Shown: positions 44,837 to 55,289 of the stretch, piece after piece
Layout: each line of letters begins with the position of its first letter
Position numbering within the stretch: the first letter of the stretch is position 1
NCBI RefSeq assembly: GCF_039971195.1
Contig: NZ_JBDWPJ010000034.1
Span: 1,887-65,886, forward strand
DNA from: Pseudophaeobacter sp.
GTDB lineage: Bacteria; Pseudomonadota; Alphaproteobacteria; Rhodobacterales; Rhodobacteraceae
DNA: 64,000 nucleotides
Direction: 5' to 3'
Made by a program: the position numbers and the translations under genes
Notes under the pieces: model-generated
Seen by the model: only the letters and a program-made list of their open reading frames with translations
Told to the model about the DNA's origin: nothing
The model's database searches: none

Positions 44837-45820
44837 TTACTTCCCGGCGAGGCCCTGAGGTGTGTATTCCACCCCGTTGGACTTCTGGATCTGGCGGATG
44901 ACCGCCCACTGATCCTGATAGGTGATCGGGATGAACTTGCTTACACCTGCGAATTCTTCACCTAGTTTTGTGCCTTCAAATTCAAAGGTAAAGAAGGCTT
45001 CCTTAATCTTGGCAGCGAGCTCAGGATCAAGGTTGTGGGCGACGTTGAACGAGGTCGTGGGGAAAGGATCACTCTCCCAGATCTTACGAACATCAGCCGT
45101 GTCATACAGCCCACGCTCGGCCATGCGATCCACCACTTCGGAGGCCACTGGCGCCGCGTCGTAATCGCCTGCAACCACGCCCAGCATCGACTGGTCATGG
45201 GAGCCGGAATAAACCACTTCGTAGTCCTTGTCGGGCTCAACACCCAGTCCGGGGAACAGTGCCCGTGGCGCCTGATTGCCAGAGTTGGAGGTTGGCGAGG
45301 TATGGGCCACACGGCGACCGGCCAAATCCCCAACGGATTTGATATCACTGTCGGCCTGGGTAAAGACCTGCAGCTTGTAGCCAAACTGGCCATCCTCGGC
45401 GCCCATGATGGCAAAGGGCACGGCTCCAGCCAAGTTGACCGCAAAGGGGGTTGGCCCGGTTGAGAAACCCGCCACATGCAGGCGGCCCGAACGCATGGCT
45501 TCAACTTCGGCTGAATTAGACTGCACGGCAAAGAACTGAACATCCTTGCCGGTCACACCTTCCAGGTGTTCGATGAAGGGAGCCCAGATATCGGCATAGA
45601 CCGCCGGGTCCTCAACCGGAGTATAGGCAAAGACCAGAGTGTCCGGATTGCTCAACTTGGCCGGATCAGTGGGGGTATCCGCCACCAGATCGCCATTGGC
45701 GTCACAATAAAGCACGTCCAGCGCGCCCCTCTCGGCACAGTCTTCGGCGGCAGAGGCTGCAAATGTGCTCGCAGTCAGAATGCCCAGTGCCCCAGCGGCA
45801 CGGGTGATGAATTTTGTCAT
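44837..45820 (-). CDS. PhnD/PtxB-type substrate-binding protein
   Basis: Signal peptide, HTSPTSNSG anion-binding loop, GSHD; N-terminal CxxRGxLDxxYCD extension. Confidence 0.88.
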   Translation of the reverse strand: MTKFITRAAGALGILTASTFAASAAEDCAERGALDVLYCDANGDLVADTPTDPAKLSNPDTLVFAYTPVEDPAVYADIWAPFIEHLEGVTGKDVQFFAVQSNSAEVEAMRSGRLHVAGFSTGPTPFAVNLAGAVPFAIMGAEDGQFGYKLQVFTQADSDIKSVGDLAGRRVAHTSPTSNSGNQAPRALFPGLGVEPDKDYEVVYSGSHDQSMLGVVAGDYDAAPVASEVVDRMAERGLYDTADVRKIWESDPFPTTSFNVAHNLDPELAAKIKEAFFTFEFEGTKLGEEFAGVSKFIPITYQDQWAVIRQIQKSNGVEYTPQGLAGK

Positions 45821-45923
45821 GTTGTCCTCCCTAAAAACGCCGACCTCCGGATCCCTAACCCACAGGTTCGACGCTGACCTCATCACGATAGGAGGTCGCT
45901 TTGCCGTGACGCGAGCCGCGTCG

Positions 45924-45962
45924 TGTTAACGAAACCGCCAAAACTGCGGTTTAATGTTAACA
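45924..45962. promoter_or_regulatory. Dyad-symmetric element in the divergent promoter region
   Basis: TGTTAAC-G-AAACCGC-caaaact-GCGGTTT-AAT-GTTAACA. Confidence 0.45.
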
Positions 45963-46079
45963 GTATTACAATCCCCGTCACATCCTCTTAAAATCTGGCA
46001 GGATTTGCTTCACTGAAGCAAAGGGGCTGATCAACACCGGCCCCCAATAGTACGCAGGATGTGGCAGGAGGAGGGTTGC

Positions 46080-46802
46080 ATGCAGGCAGGGAGGTCCGAG
46101 CCGCTCATCGCCATTGTGGACGATGACGCAGATGTACGTGACACGCTTTCTGCCTTGATGCGCGAAAGCGGTTTTGACGCGATCTGCTGTGCAGATATAG
46201 CTGCTTTCCTGGCGCTTGGAGATCCGCCTCAGGTGGATCTGGCGCTGATCGATCTGCGCCTGCGCGGTGAAAGCGGGCTGACGCTGGCCATCCACATACG
46301 GGAACGCTACGAAATCCCCATTGTCATGCTCACCGGTGTAGGGGATGAAATCGACAAGATCATCGGTCTGGAGACCGGGGCCGATGACTACATGATCAAG
46401 CCTTTCAACCCCCGTGAACTAGTAGCCCGGATACGCGCGGTGCTGCGCCGCTATGGCCATGGCACCGCCAAACCCAGCGCCTCCCCCGGCAAAGAAATCC
46501 ACTTTGGCCCCATGCGCATTGATGTACCGTCGCGCCGATTGCTGGATGCGGTCGGCGAAGAGATCCCGCTGACCAATGCCGAATACCGGTTGTTGGAATA
46601 CTTTGCCCGCAATCCTAACCGGGTCATCCCGCGCCCAGAACTGCTGGAAGAGCTGGGCTCGGATATGCAGCGCTATGTGGACCGGACCATTGATGTGCTG
46701 ATTTTGCGCCTGCGTCGCAAGATCGAAGCCACCCCGTCCAAACCAGTGCACCTGCAGACCCGCAGGGCGCAGGGCTATATCTTCCACCTGGCACCAAACT
46801 GA
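46080..46802 (+). CDS. OmpR-family response regulator
   Basis: IVDDD, LIDLRL, GADDYMIKPFNPREL, RTIDVLILRLRRKIE; GGAGGAGG RBS. Confidence 0.93.
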   Translation: MQAGRSEPLIAIVDDDADVRDTLSALMRESGFDAICCADIAAFLALGDPPQVDLALIDLRLRGESGLTLAIHIRERYEIPIVMLTGVGDEIDKIIGLETGADDYMIKPFNPRELVARIRAVLRRYGHGTAKPSASPGKEIHFGPMRIDVPSRRLLDAVGEEIPLTNAEYRLLEYFARNPNRVIPRPELLEELGSDMQRYVDRTIDVLILRLRRKIEATPSKPVHLQTRRAQGYIFHLAPN

Positions 46803-46807
46803 AGCCC

Positions 46808-49321
46808 ATGATCCCTGCCCTCCGCCACCTCAGCGTTCGATTTCGCCTCACTGCCGCCCTCGCCGTGCTCTTTTGCCTGATGTTGCTGGTCAGCCTCATC
46901 GGATTGCGGGTATTGAACCGGACGGAGTTCTGGATGAACACCCTGCATCAAGACACCCTGGCAGAGGTCTCTGACGCGCTGAACCTGTCCCGCCTCTCAG
47001 CCGATCTCGCCACCTCGGCCCCGTTTCTATATGCGCTGTTTCCCCCCTTTCAGCTGGAACAGGAATCTCAGGACGTGCTGGAGACCCTCCGAAAGATAGA
47101 ATCCCAGGCCCAAGGAGAGCCCGCCCTGGATCTGCCACTGGCCAGGCTGCGGCTGGCGATTGACGATCTGACCACGGCCCTCGTACCACAGACCGCCCGC
47201 AAGGCCGATCTCGTGGCAATTGATCGTGGTCTTGAGCGGTTGAACCAACGGGCCCGGCGGCAGGCAGGCGATACCTCTCGCCCGCTGGCGGAGCGCGAGA
47301 TCTGGACTGGGCTGCAACAGCTGACCGCCAGCGCCATAGGTGCCGTGCGGGCCAATGCGCTGATTGAACTGGGGGAATTCTCGCGTCGATATGCCCAGGC
47401 CAGAGCGGCCCTTCAGCCGAAACTCTTGCCTCCGCTACGCGCCACCTTTGACGAGATCGACAGGGTACTAAGCCGCAGCGAAGGCCTGTTTGTGCTCAAA
47501 CACAAGGAAATTGCCGCCCAGCTGGATGCGGAAAACGCCCTGTATCGCATCCGGCAAGAGGCCAGCCGGATCACCCGTTTTGCCGAAGACAAAGTGGCCC
47601 AAGCCGAGGCTCGGCTGTCGCAGGCGAGGGCCGAGACATCAAACAATCTCAGCATCGCCAAAAACTGGTTTCTGGCCCTCACCCTGATGAGCCTCTTGGT
47701 GGCGATCAGCTCTTCGCAGTATGTCTCGCGCTATGTGGCCGGCAATCTGCAACGCATCGCTGAAGCCATGCGCCGATTGGCGGCCGGCAACCATCGCGCT
47801 GATCTGCCCAAGGGGCCAAAATCCACGGATGAAATTGGCCAGCTGTTCGCCGCCTTTGCGGTGTTTCGTGAAAACGCCCGCAAACTGGACCGGCGCACCA
47901 GCCAGATCCGACACCAGAACGCGCTCTTTTCACGGGTGTTTCGCAATATCACCGATGGAGTGGCGATCACTTCTGCCCAGGGTGAGATCGAGGCCGAAAA
48001 CGACAATCTACGCCAGCTGCTCCGGCTTCCCCCCGCTCCAAAGGGACACCAGGTCCCAATCCCGATGCTGATGGCGCAGTCCACTTTCTCCCCCCGGGCC
48101 AGCGCCGACGAGCCGGGCGGTTTTGAAGAGTTTACCGACCCCTCCGGCAATGTGCTGGAGCTGCGCCATTCGCCCTTGCCGGATGGCGGCGCTGTCTGGC
48201 TGCTGTCGGAAACCACGGAACGCAAAAAGGTCGAAGAGCGATTGGAAGAAATCCGCAGGGTGGAGACCCTGGGCAAGGTTTCCGGTGAAATCGCCCATGA
48301 TTTTGGCAATATCCTCTCCAGTATATCTGGCAATCTTCACCTGCTCGAAAGCGCTGAACCTGCGCAGTCACAACATTTTCGCGCCCGCATCCGCTCTGCG
48401 GTTGACTTGGGTGTTTCCCTGACAGAACGGCTCTTGGCCTTTGCGCGCAAACAGCATCTGGAACCGCAGGTTACTGATATCGGCCAATTGATCGACGGAA
48501 TGGTCGACCTGCTGGAAATCGCCCTGCCCGGGGAGGTCACCCTCCAGTATCAAGCACCAGAGCAGCCGGTTCTGGCGCGGGTGGATCCCGGACAGCTGGA
48601 AAGCGCGGTGCTCAACCTCTGTGTCAATGCCGGGCAGTCGATTGAGGGCGCTGGTACTGTGACCCTGACGGTACGAGATGATCATGGCGCGCGACTTACC
48701 ATTCAAGACAGCGGCGCGGGCATGAGTCCGGAAGTTTTGCGCCGCGCCACCGAGCCCTTCTTCACCAATCGCGCTGATGGCAGTGGCACCGGACTTGGGC
48801 TCTCCATGGTAGATGGGTTTGTTCATCAGTCCGGTGGCCAGTTGTTGCTCAACTCGCGGGTGGTACCGCCAAACCAAGGGACAGCCGTGACTTTGCAGTT
48901 TCCTGCCCTCAGAACAGAGCATGACGGTGCCGCGCTCGTCTCTAGCCCCGGATCCGCACTGGTGGTGGATGACGATCCAGCCTCCCTCGCCTCTGCCTCG
49001 AAAGCTCTCGAACAGCTGGGATATGCGGTGACACAGGCAACAAGCTTCCATCAGGGGCTGGACCAGCTTGAAAACCTGTCCAGGCCGGATCTCATCCTAA
49101 GCGATCTCAATCTGGACAGCGGTGCCTCTGGCTGGGAGTTGTTGATACACGGCCATGACCTGCACCCAGCCTGTCAGCTGGCGCTGATGTCCACGCGGGA
49201 AAACCCAATCGTGCCCAGCGAGTTAAGCGCGATATCTAACCTCAGCATCCTCACCAAACCCTTAGGTGAGGATGAGGTGAAACAGCTCCTCCTCACCGCA
49301 AATCAAAATGGTAAGCCTTAG
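46808..49321 (+). CDS. Hybrid sensor histidine kinase (TM, helical periplasmic domain, TM, HAMP, PAS-like, HisKA, HATPase, REC)
   Basis: AHDFGNIL H-box, LNLCVNA N-box, DSGAGM, GTGLGLS, C-terminal VVDDD receiver. Confidence 0.92.
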   Translation: MIPALRHLSVRFRLTAALAVLFCLMLLVSLIGLRVLNRTEFWMNTLHQDTLAEVSDALNLSRLSADLATSAPFLYALFPPFQLEQESQDVLETLRKIESQAQGEPALDLPLARLRLAIDDLTTALVPQTARKADLVAIDRGLERLNQRARRQAGDTSRPLAEREIWTGLQQLTASAIGAVRANALIELGEFSRRYAQARAALQPKLLPPLRATFDEIDRVLSRSEGLFVLKHKEIAAQLDAENALYRIRQEASRITRFAEDKVAQAEARLSQARAETSNNLSIAKNWFLALTLMSLLVAISSSQYVSRYVAGNLQRIAEAMRRLAAGNHRADLPKGPKSTDEIGQLFAAFAVFRENARKLDRRTSQIRHQNALFSRVFRNITDGVAITSAQGEIEAENDNLRQLLRLPPAPKGHQVPIPMLMAQSTFSPRASADEPGGFEEFTDPSGNVLELRHSPLPDGGAVWLLSETTERKKVEERLEEIRRVETLGKVSGEIAHDFGNILSSISGNLHLLESAEPAQSQHFRARIRSAVDLGVSLTERLLAFARKQHLEPQVTDIGQLIDGMVDLLEIALPGEVTLQYQAPEQPVLARVDPGQLESAVLNLCVNAGQSIEGAGTVTLTVRDDHGARLTIQDSGAGMSPEVLRRATEPFFTNRADGSGTGLGLSMVDGFVHQSGGQLLLNSRVVPPNQGTAVTLQFPALRTEHDGAALVSSPGSALVVDDDPASLASASKALEQLGYAVTQATSFHQGLDQLENLSRPDLILSDLNLDSGASGWELLIHGHDLHPACQLALMSTRENPIVPSELSAISNLSILTKPLGEDEVKQLLLTANQNGKP

Positions 49322-49327
49322 CAGGGG

Positions 49328-50449
49328 TCAGGCCTGGGCGCAGTCTTTCAGCGCATCCTTCAGCACCGACAAAACCACTTCTTTGGGAACATCTGCGGTG
49401 ACAAACGCCTCCCCGATACCGCGCGCCAGAATGAACTTCAGCTGCCCATCCACCACTTTTTTATCCTGCCCCATCAGCCCCAAAAGCGCGTCAGCATTCG
49501 GGAGCGCGCCCTCAATATCACAGAGGTCGGTCTTCATGCCCATCTCTTTGAGATGCGCCCGCACCCGGCTTGGGTCTTCCTGACTGCATAGCCCTAGCCG
49601 GGACGACAGCTCAAAAGCCAGCGCGCAGCCAATGGCGACACCCTCGCCGTGCAGCAGCCGGTCAGAATAGCCCGTGGCCGCTTCCAAGGCGTGGCAAAAG
49701 GTATGACCCAGGTTGAGCAGTGCCCGGTCGCCTTGTTCGGTCTCATCGCGTTCGACGATATCCGCCTTCATCTGCACTGAATGCGCTACGGCCTCAACCC
49801 GTGCAGCCATATCGCCTTCTGCCAATTTTGGCCCCATCTCTTCGAGCCAGGCAAAGAACGCCGCGTCCCCCAACAGCCCATATTTGACCACTTCGCCATA
49901 ACCTGCGAGAAAATCCCGCGCTGTGAGGGTGCCAAGAATTTCAGAATCCGCCAACACCAGGGTGGGCTGGTGAAAGGCGCCGATCAGGTTCTTGCCCTGA
50001 GGCGCATTGATGCCGGTCTTACCCCCAACCGAGCTATCCACCTGCGCCAACAGGGAGGTGGGGATTTGAATGAACCGCACGCCCCGTCGCAGGACCGAGG
50101 CAGCAAACCCGGCCAGATCGCCAATCACACCGCCGCCAAAAGCGACAACCACATCGTTGCGCTCGACCTTTTGCTCCAGGAGCCATTCCACCGCGCGGCT
50201 GAACTGCGGCCAAGCCTTGGTGGATTCCCCGGCGGGCAGGGCCAGCGAGACCATTTCGATCCCAGCTTTGGCCAACCCACTGCGCAGGCTCTCCAGATGT
50301 AACGCTGCAACGTTTTCGTCCGTCAGCACCGCAACGCGTGGCCGGTTTAGGAAGGGTGCGATCCGCGCGCCCACCTCCTGCAACAGCCCTGGCCCAATCA
50401 CCACATCATATTCGCGCCCCTCCAGGGGGACATGCACGATACGTTCCAT
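49328..50449 (-). CDS. aroB: 3-dehydroquinate synthase
   Basis: GGGVIGDLAG, PTSLLAQVDSSVGGKTG, GKNLIGAFHQP, LNLGHT, LLHGE. Confidence 0.97.
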   Translation of the reverse strand: MERIVHVPLEGREYDVVIGPGLLQEVGARIAPFLNRPRVAVLTDENVAALHLESLRSGLAKAGIEMVSLALPAGESTKAWPQFSRAVEWLLEQKVERNDVVVAFGGGVIGDLAGFAASVLRRGVRFIQIPTSLLAQVDSSVGGKTGINAPQGKNLIGAFHQPTLVLADSEILGTLTARDFLAGYGEVVKYGLLGDAAFFAWLEEMGPKLAEGDMAARVEAVAHSVQMKADIVERDETEQGDRALLNLGHTFCHALEAATGYSDRLLHGEGVAIGCALAFELSSRLGLCSQEDPSRVRAHLKEMGMKTDLCDIEGALPNADALLGLMGQDKKVVDGQLKFILARGIGEAFVTADVPKEVVLSVLKDALKDCAQA

Positions 50450-50451
50450 CT

Positions 50452-51039
50452 TCAGCTCTCCAACACATCGGGGCGAGACTTCAAGGCATCCAGCACCCGG
50501 TCAACCATTTCCTCAATCGAGGCCTGCCCATCCGAGATCACCGCCAGATCCGCCTTGGCATAGAGCGGCACCCGCGCCGCGTAGAGCTCTGACAGGGTGG
50601 CGCGGGGGTCTGCTGTTTTCAGCAAGGGGCGCGTGTCGCGATGGCGCACCCGGTTCCACAGCACCTCAAGATCTGCCTGTAGCCAGATCGAGGCGCCGTT
50701 GCGGGTAATGGTCTCGCGATTCTCTGCCGCCAGAAAGGCACCGCCGCCGGTCGATAGCACGCCACACTCTTCGGTCAGCAGCCGGGAAATCACCTGACGT
50801 TCTTTAAGGCGAAAGAAGGCCTCACCGTCACGGGCAAAAATCTCAGGGATCGTCATATTGGCAGCAGATTCGATCTCGTGATCGCTGTCCAGAAAAGGCA
50901 CATCCAATCGCGCAGCCAGGGCACGGCCCACGGCGGTCTTGCCTGCCCCCATCATGCCCACCATTACAATGGTTTTTTTCAGCCGTCCTGGCCCCGGAGG
51001 TGTGGCATCCACCTCGGTCATTTGCTCTTTTTCGCTCAT
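50452..51039 (-). CDS. aroK: Shikimate kinase
   Basis: GMMGAGKT, DSDHEIE, GEAFFR, STGGG, RPLL. Confidence 0.96.
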   Translation of the reverse strand: MSEKEQMTEVDATPPGPGRLKKTIVMVGMMGAGKTAVGRALAARLDVPFLDSDHEIESAANMTIPEIFARDGEAFFRLKERQVISRLLTEECGVLSTGGGAFLAAENRETITRNGASIWLQADLEVLWNRVRHRDTRPLLKTADPRATLSELYAARVPLYAKADLAVISDGQASIEEMVDRVLDALKSRPDVLES

Positions 51040-51120
51040 TCTTCAGTGAATGACGTGATATTGCAAAAAAGGCCATATATAAGTTGTTCAAAATACAAAG
51101 AAGCAGGCAATAGGTGTGCA

Positions 51121-51270
51121 ATGGGGCGACTGATCAAATACCTTCTCATTTTTGCGGTTCTAGCAGCGCTGGGGCTGGTGGCCTATGCCTACCTAGGCCC
51201 CTGGTTTGGAGCGGATTTTAGCGTTCCGTTGCAGGAACAACGCATACCGGTTGTGCTAGATGCAGATTAA
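51121..51270 (+). CDS. 49-aa single-pass membrane protein MGRLIKYLLIFAVLAALGLVAYAYLGPWFGADFSVPLQEQRIPVVLDAD
   Basis: ATG at 51121 inside the 50878 frame; positive N-terminus plus hydrophobic helix; overlaps the next start. Confidence 0.7.
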   Translation: MGRLIKYLLIFAVLAALGLVAYAYLGPWFGADFSVPLQEQRIPVVLDAD

Positions 51271-52906
51271 ACAGCGCCAAAATCCAGCATTAAGGGTCTT
51301 TACTTTTGCGTTTTATATCAGCACCTTAAGCGCGACAATCGCTCTGGCCCAGGCACCTCTCACGGTGATCGATTGGCTTGGGCAGCCTGACGATACCGCG
51401 CCTTTGCCCAGCACGGTCCTGCTGGAGCCGCCCGTCACCGGCAGTGCCAGCCAGCCGCAAGTTACCGTGACACCACTGCAGGCGCTTTTGCCCCCCATTG
51501 GGCTGGTTGCCCCTTCAGCGACAGGCCTGCCGGTCGATCTGTGGCGCGGCAGTGACCCCGGCACGATTGCCGATCTTATTCTCTCGGTCTCGGTGCAGGG
51601 CAATCCGGCAATGCAGTCGCTTTTGTTCACGCTATTGCTGTCAGAAAGCCGCCCGCTCAAAGCCGAAGGCGATGCGGTTTTGCTGGCGCGGCTGGATCGC
51701 CTGATTACCCTGGGCGCGACGGACCCGGCGCAGGCCCTGGTAGAGCAGGCTAGCCCCACCGCTACGCCGGCGCGGTTTCGACGCTGGTTTTTCACCGCTC
51801 TGCTGAGCGGCGACGAAGATCGTGTTTGCGCTGCCCTGGTGGCCGCGCCCTATCTGGCGCCTGACTACCGCGCCCGCATTTTCTGCGCCGCGCGACGTGG
51901 CGATTGGCCCACGGCCGCCCTGATGTTGGAATCCGCCCATGCGTTGGAGCTTTTGCCTCAGGATCAGTTGAACCTGTTGGATCGTTTTCTGAACCCGGAC
52001 ATCTTTGAGCTCGCTCCGCCCCTGCCCTTGCCGGACAGGCCTGACCCGCTGACCTTCCGTCTTTATGAGGCCATTGGCGAACGTCTGCCCACAGCCCCCC
52101 TGCCGCGGGCTTTTTCTGCTGCCGACCTGCGCGATATTGCTGGGTGGAAAGCCCAGCTTGAGGCTTCCGAACGCCTGACCCGCGCCGGGGCGCTTAACCC
52201 CAATCAGCTGTTGGGGCTCTACACGGATCGCAGCCCTGCTGCCTCTGGCGGTGTTTGGGACCGGGTGTCAGCGCTGCAGAATTTTGAGGCCGCGCTTAAC
52301 AGCGGCAATAGCGATGCGGTTGCCAATGCACTGCCCGCCGTCTGGCAAGCGATGCAGCAGGCCGGCCTAGAAGTGGGCTTTGCCGATCTGTTCTCCACCC
52401 AGCTAGCGCGGTTCAGTTTCACCGGTGAAGCCGCTGAACTGGCCTGGCGTATTCGCCTCCTGGCCCCAACCTATGAGATCGCCTCTCATAGCCTGCCCAG
52501 TGACACCCCAGAAAATACATTCCTTGCAGCTCTGGCCCAGGGCACACCGGGCAATCCGGGCAGCAATATCTCTTTGAATTCCGATGACGCAGCCACGACT
52601 GTCCAATCCGAAAGAGAGACCAGCGCAACCCCTTCGGCCCGCAGCCAGCAGCGCGGTCCCTCCCCTTTGGCCGGATCAATCCTCAAGGGGTTTGAGGAAG
52701 AGGCAGAGGTGCCACCAAAAATCCGGGCTCTGCTGGACAATGGTCAGTTGGGCGAGGCTATTTTGCGCACCATGGACCTGTTTGCCCGCGGGGCGCAGGG
52801 CAACCTTGGCGACCTGAGCAAGGCGCTTGCGGCTCTGCGGGCGGTTGGGCTGGAAGACACCGCGCGCCGCGCCACCCTGCAGTTGATGCTACTGGGGCGG
52901 GGCTGA
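51260..52906 (+). CDS. Hypothetical exported, largely helical protein
   Basis: Signal peptide ending ALAQA; Ala/Leu-rich helical pattern; abuts xerD. Confidence 0.75.
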   Translation: MQIKQRQNPALRVFTFAFYISTLSATIALAQAPLTVIDWLGQPDDTAPLPSTVLLEPPVTGSASQPQVTVTPLQALLPPIGLVAPSATGLPVDLWRGSDPGTIADLILSVSVQGNPAMQSLLFTLLLSESRPLKAEGDAVLLARLDRLITLGATDPAQALVEQASPTATPARFRRWFFTALLSGDEDRVCAALVAAPYLAPDYRARIFCAARRGDWPTAALMLESAHALELLPQDQLNLLDRFLNPDIFELAPPLPLPDRPDPLTFRLYEAIGERLPTAPLPRAFSAADLRDIAGWKAQLEASERLTRAGALNPNQLLGLYTDRSPAASGGVWDRVSALQNFEAALNSGNSDAVANALPAVWQAMQQAGLEVGFADLFSTQLARFSFTGEAAELAWRIRLLAPTYEIASHSLPSDTPENTFLAALAQGTPGNPGSNISLNSDDAATTVQSERETSATPSARSQQRGPSPLAGSILKGFEEEAEVPPKIRALLDNGQLGEAILRTMDLFARGAQGNLGDLSKALAALRAVGLEDTARRATLQLMLLGRG

Positions 52907-53872
52907 ATGTCGGCTCCGCGGGATGATCTCCAGTGGATCTCCACCTTTCTGGAGGCCCAGGCAGCGGAGGCCGGGGCCGCGCGCAACACGCTGTTAGCCT
53001 ATGGGAGGGACCTGAAGGATGCCGCCGCCTGGCTGTCGCATCGCCAAGGGGATTTTGCGAAGGCCAGTCGCGGCGATGTCGAGGCCTATCTGATCAATTG
53101 CGACGCCGAGGGACTATCACAAGCAACGCGGGCGCGGCGTCTTTCAGCACTGCGTCAACTCTATCAATTTGCCTTTGAAGAAGGCTGGCGCAACGACAAC
53201 CCGGCGATCCAGATCAAAGGACCGGGCCGGGCCAAGAAACTACCCAAGACCTTAGAGGTGATCGAGGTCGATCGCCTTTTGGAAGCCGCCCGCCAGACAG
53301 GACGCAAACCAGAAGACCGCCTGCGCAACACCTGCCTGATGGAGCTACTCTATGCCACCGGCATGCGGGTGAGCGAGCTGGTCTCACTGCCGGTGACGGC
53401 GGCGCGGGGCGATCCCAATATGCTCCTGGTGCTTGGCAAGGGCGGCAAAGAGCGCATGGTGCCGCTCTCTCCGCCAGCGCGGGAGGCGCTGCGGGTCTGG
53501 CTACAGATCTGGGACGAAGCCGAGGCCGCGCGTCAGGCCAAGGGCAAGCCCAGTACAAAATTCCTGTTTCCGTCTCGCGGCAAAGACGGCCATCTGACCC
53601 GGCACTGGTTCTATTTGCTGATCAAAGAGCTGGCGGTGACCGGCGGGGTGGATCCGCAAAAAGTGACGCCGCATACCCTGCGCCATGCCTTTGCCACCCA
53701 TCTGCTGGCCAATGGCGCTGATCTGCGTGCCATTCAGGCCCTGCTGGGCCATGCTGATATTGCCACCACCGAAATCTACACCCATGTTCTGGACGCCCGG
53801 CTGAGCGAGCTGGTGCTGGAGCACCACCCCCTCGCGCGTTCGACGATCAAGGACCGCCAAGACGAGCAGTAG
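52907..53872 (+). CDS. xerD: Tyrosine recombinase XerD
   Basis: LYATGMRVSELV, GKGGKERMVP, TPHTLRHAFATHLL, LLGHADIATTEIY. Confidence 0.92.
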   Translation: MSAPRDDLQWISTFLEAQAAEAGAARNTLLAYGRDLKDAAAWLSHRQGDFAKASRGDVEAYLINCDAEGLSQATRARRLSALRQLYQFAFEEGWRNDNPAIQIKGPGRAKKLPKTLEVIEVDRLLEAARQTGRKPEDRLRNTCLMELLYATGMRVSELVSLPVTAARGDPNMLLVLGKGGKERMVPLSPPAREALRVWLQIWDEAEAARQAKGKPSTKFLFPSRGKDGHLTRHWFYLLIKELAVTGGVDPQKVTPHTLRHAFATHLLANGADLRAIQALLGHADIATTEIYTHVLDARLSELVLEHHPLARSTIKDRQDEQ

Positions 53873-53978
53873 CCAGCCCCCTGCCCGGCGTTTTGCAGAC
53901 TGGCCCCGCAACGAGGCTTGTCTGGCAGGCCACTGCAGCCCATAACAAACAGCAACACAAACTGAATTTGGACCCACC

Positions 53979-55289
53979 ATGGACACCGCCCAAACCGTTT
54001 TGGACAGCGCATTCTGGATCTCAGCCGGGGCAATCCTGCTTCTTTTGGTGCTCTCTGCCTTCTTCTCCGGCTCAGAGACCGCCCTGACGGCGGCCTCGCG
54101 CGGTAAGCTGCGCACCCAGGCCGACAAGGGATCGCGCGGGGCACAGCGGGCGCTGGATGTCACCGAAGACAGCGAACGGCTGATCGGCTCGGTCCTTTTG
54201 GGCAACAACCTGGTCAATATTCTGGCTACCTCTTTGGCAACGGCGCTGCTGACCCGCGCATTTGGCGAGAGCGGTGTTGCCTTTGCCACCCTGGTGATGA
54301 CCCTTCTGGTGCTGATCTTTGCTGAGGTCCTGCCCAAGACCTATGCGATCTCCAATGCCGAAAAAGCCGCTTCGGCTGTGGCGCCAGTGATTGGGCTTTT
54401 GGTGACTGTTCTGGCCCCCATCGTGGCGGCGGTCCGGTTTCTGGTGCGCGGCATTTTACGGCTCTTTGGGGTTAAGATCGACCCGGACAGCCATATCATG
54501 GCAATGCGAGAAGAAATCGCCGGGGCGCTACATCTGGGCCATTCCGAAGGCGTGGTGGAAAAGGAAGACCGCGACCGGATTCTGGGCGCGCTGGACCTGT
54601 CGGATCGTTTTGTCGAAGAGATCATGCTGCACCGTTCACATATCCAGATGATTGATGCGGATGCAGAACCGGCGGATATTCTGGAACAATGCCTGACCTC
54701 GCCCCATACTCGCCTGCCGGTTTTCAAAACTGAGCCAGAAAACATCATCGGCATTGTCCATGCCAAGGACCTGCTGCGCGAGATGTACGCCCAGATCGGT
54801 GGCCCCGAAGGCGACGCCAGCGCGCTGGCCAAGTTTGAGATCACCACAGTGGCCAAGCCTCCCTATTTTGTGCCGGAGACCACCACCCTGGACGATCAAA
54901 TGCGGCAATTCCTGCGGATGCGCAGCCATTTTGCCCTGGTGGTGGATGAATACGGCGCCCTGCAGGGGCTGATCACGCTCGAAGACATCCTGGAAGAAAT
55001 CGTGGGTGAAATCACCGATGAATTTGATCCGGCGGAGCAATCGCTGGTGAAGATGGAGGCCGATGGCAATTACATCGTCGAAGGCGCCACCACCATTCGC
55101 GACTTGAACCGTGCCACCGACTGGAACCTGCCCGATGAAGAGGCCAATACTATCGCCGGGCTGGTCATCCACGAGGCGCAGATGATCCCCACCATAGGCC
55201 AGGTGTTTTCGTTCCACGGCTTTCGCTTTGAGGTCACCGCCCGCGAGGGCAACCGGATCACCGCTTTCAAAGTTCGTCCCCTGACATGA
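53979..55289 (+). CDS. HlyC/CorC (CNNM/DUF21-CBS-CorC) transporter
   Basis: SAFFSGSETAL, EVLPK, HTRLPV, VVDEYG, TLEDILEEIVGEI. Confidence 0.92.
   Translation: MDTAQTVLDSAFWISAGAILLLLVLSAFFSGSETALTAASRGKLRTQADKGSRGAQRALDVTEDSERLIGSVLLGNNLVNILATSLATALLTRAFGESGVAFATLVMTLLVLIFAEVLPKTYAISNAEKAASAVAPVIGLLVTVLAPIVAAVRFLVRGILRLFGVKIDPDSHIMAMREEIAGALHLGHSEGVVEKEDRDRILGALDLSDRFVEEIMLHRSHIQMIDADAEPADILEQCLTSPHTRLPVFKTEPENIIGIVHAKDLLREMYAQIGGPEGDASALAKFEITTVAKPPYFVPETTTLDDQMRQFLRMRSHFALVVDEYGALQGLITLEDILEEIVGEITDEFDPAEQSLVKMEADGNYIVEGATTIRDLNRATDWNLPDEEANTIAGLVIHEAQMIPTIGQVFSFHGFRFEVTAREGNRITAFKVRPLT

Noticed and set aside
52907-53872. Tyrosine recombinase as an island integrase
   Set aside because: XerD-like sequence in a housekeeping context (aroK/aroB, corC), no att repeats or composition shift
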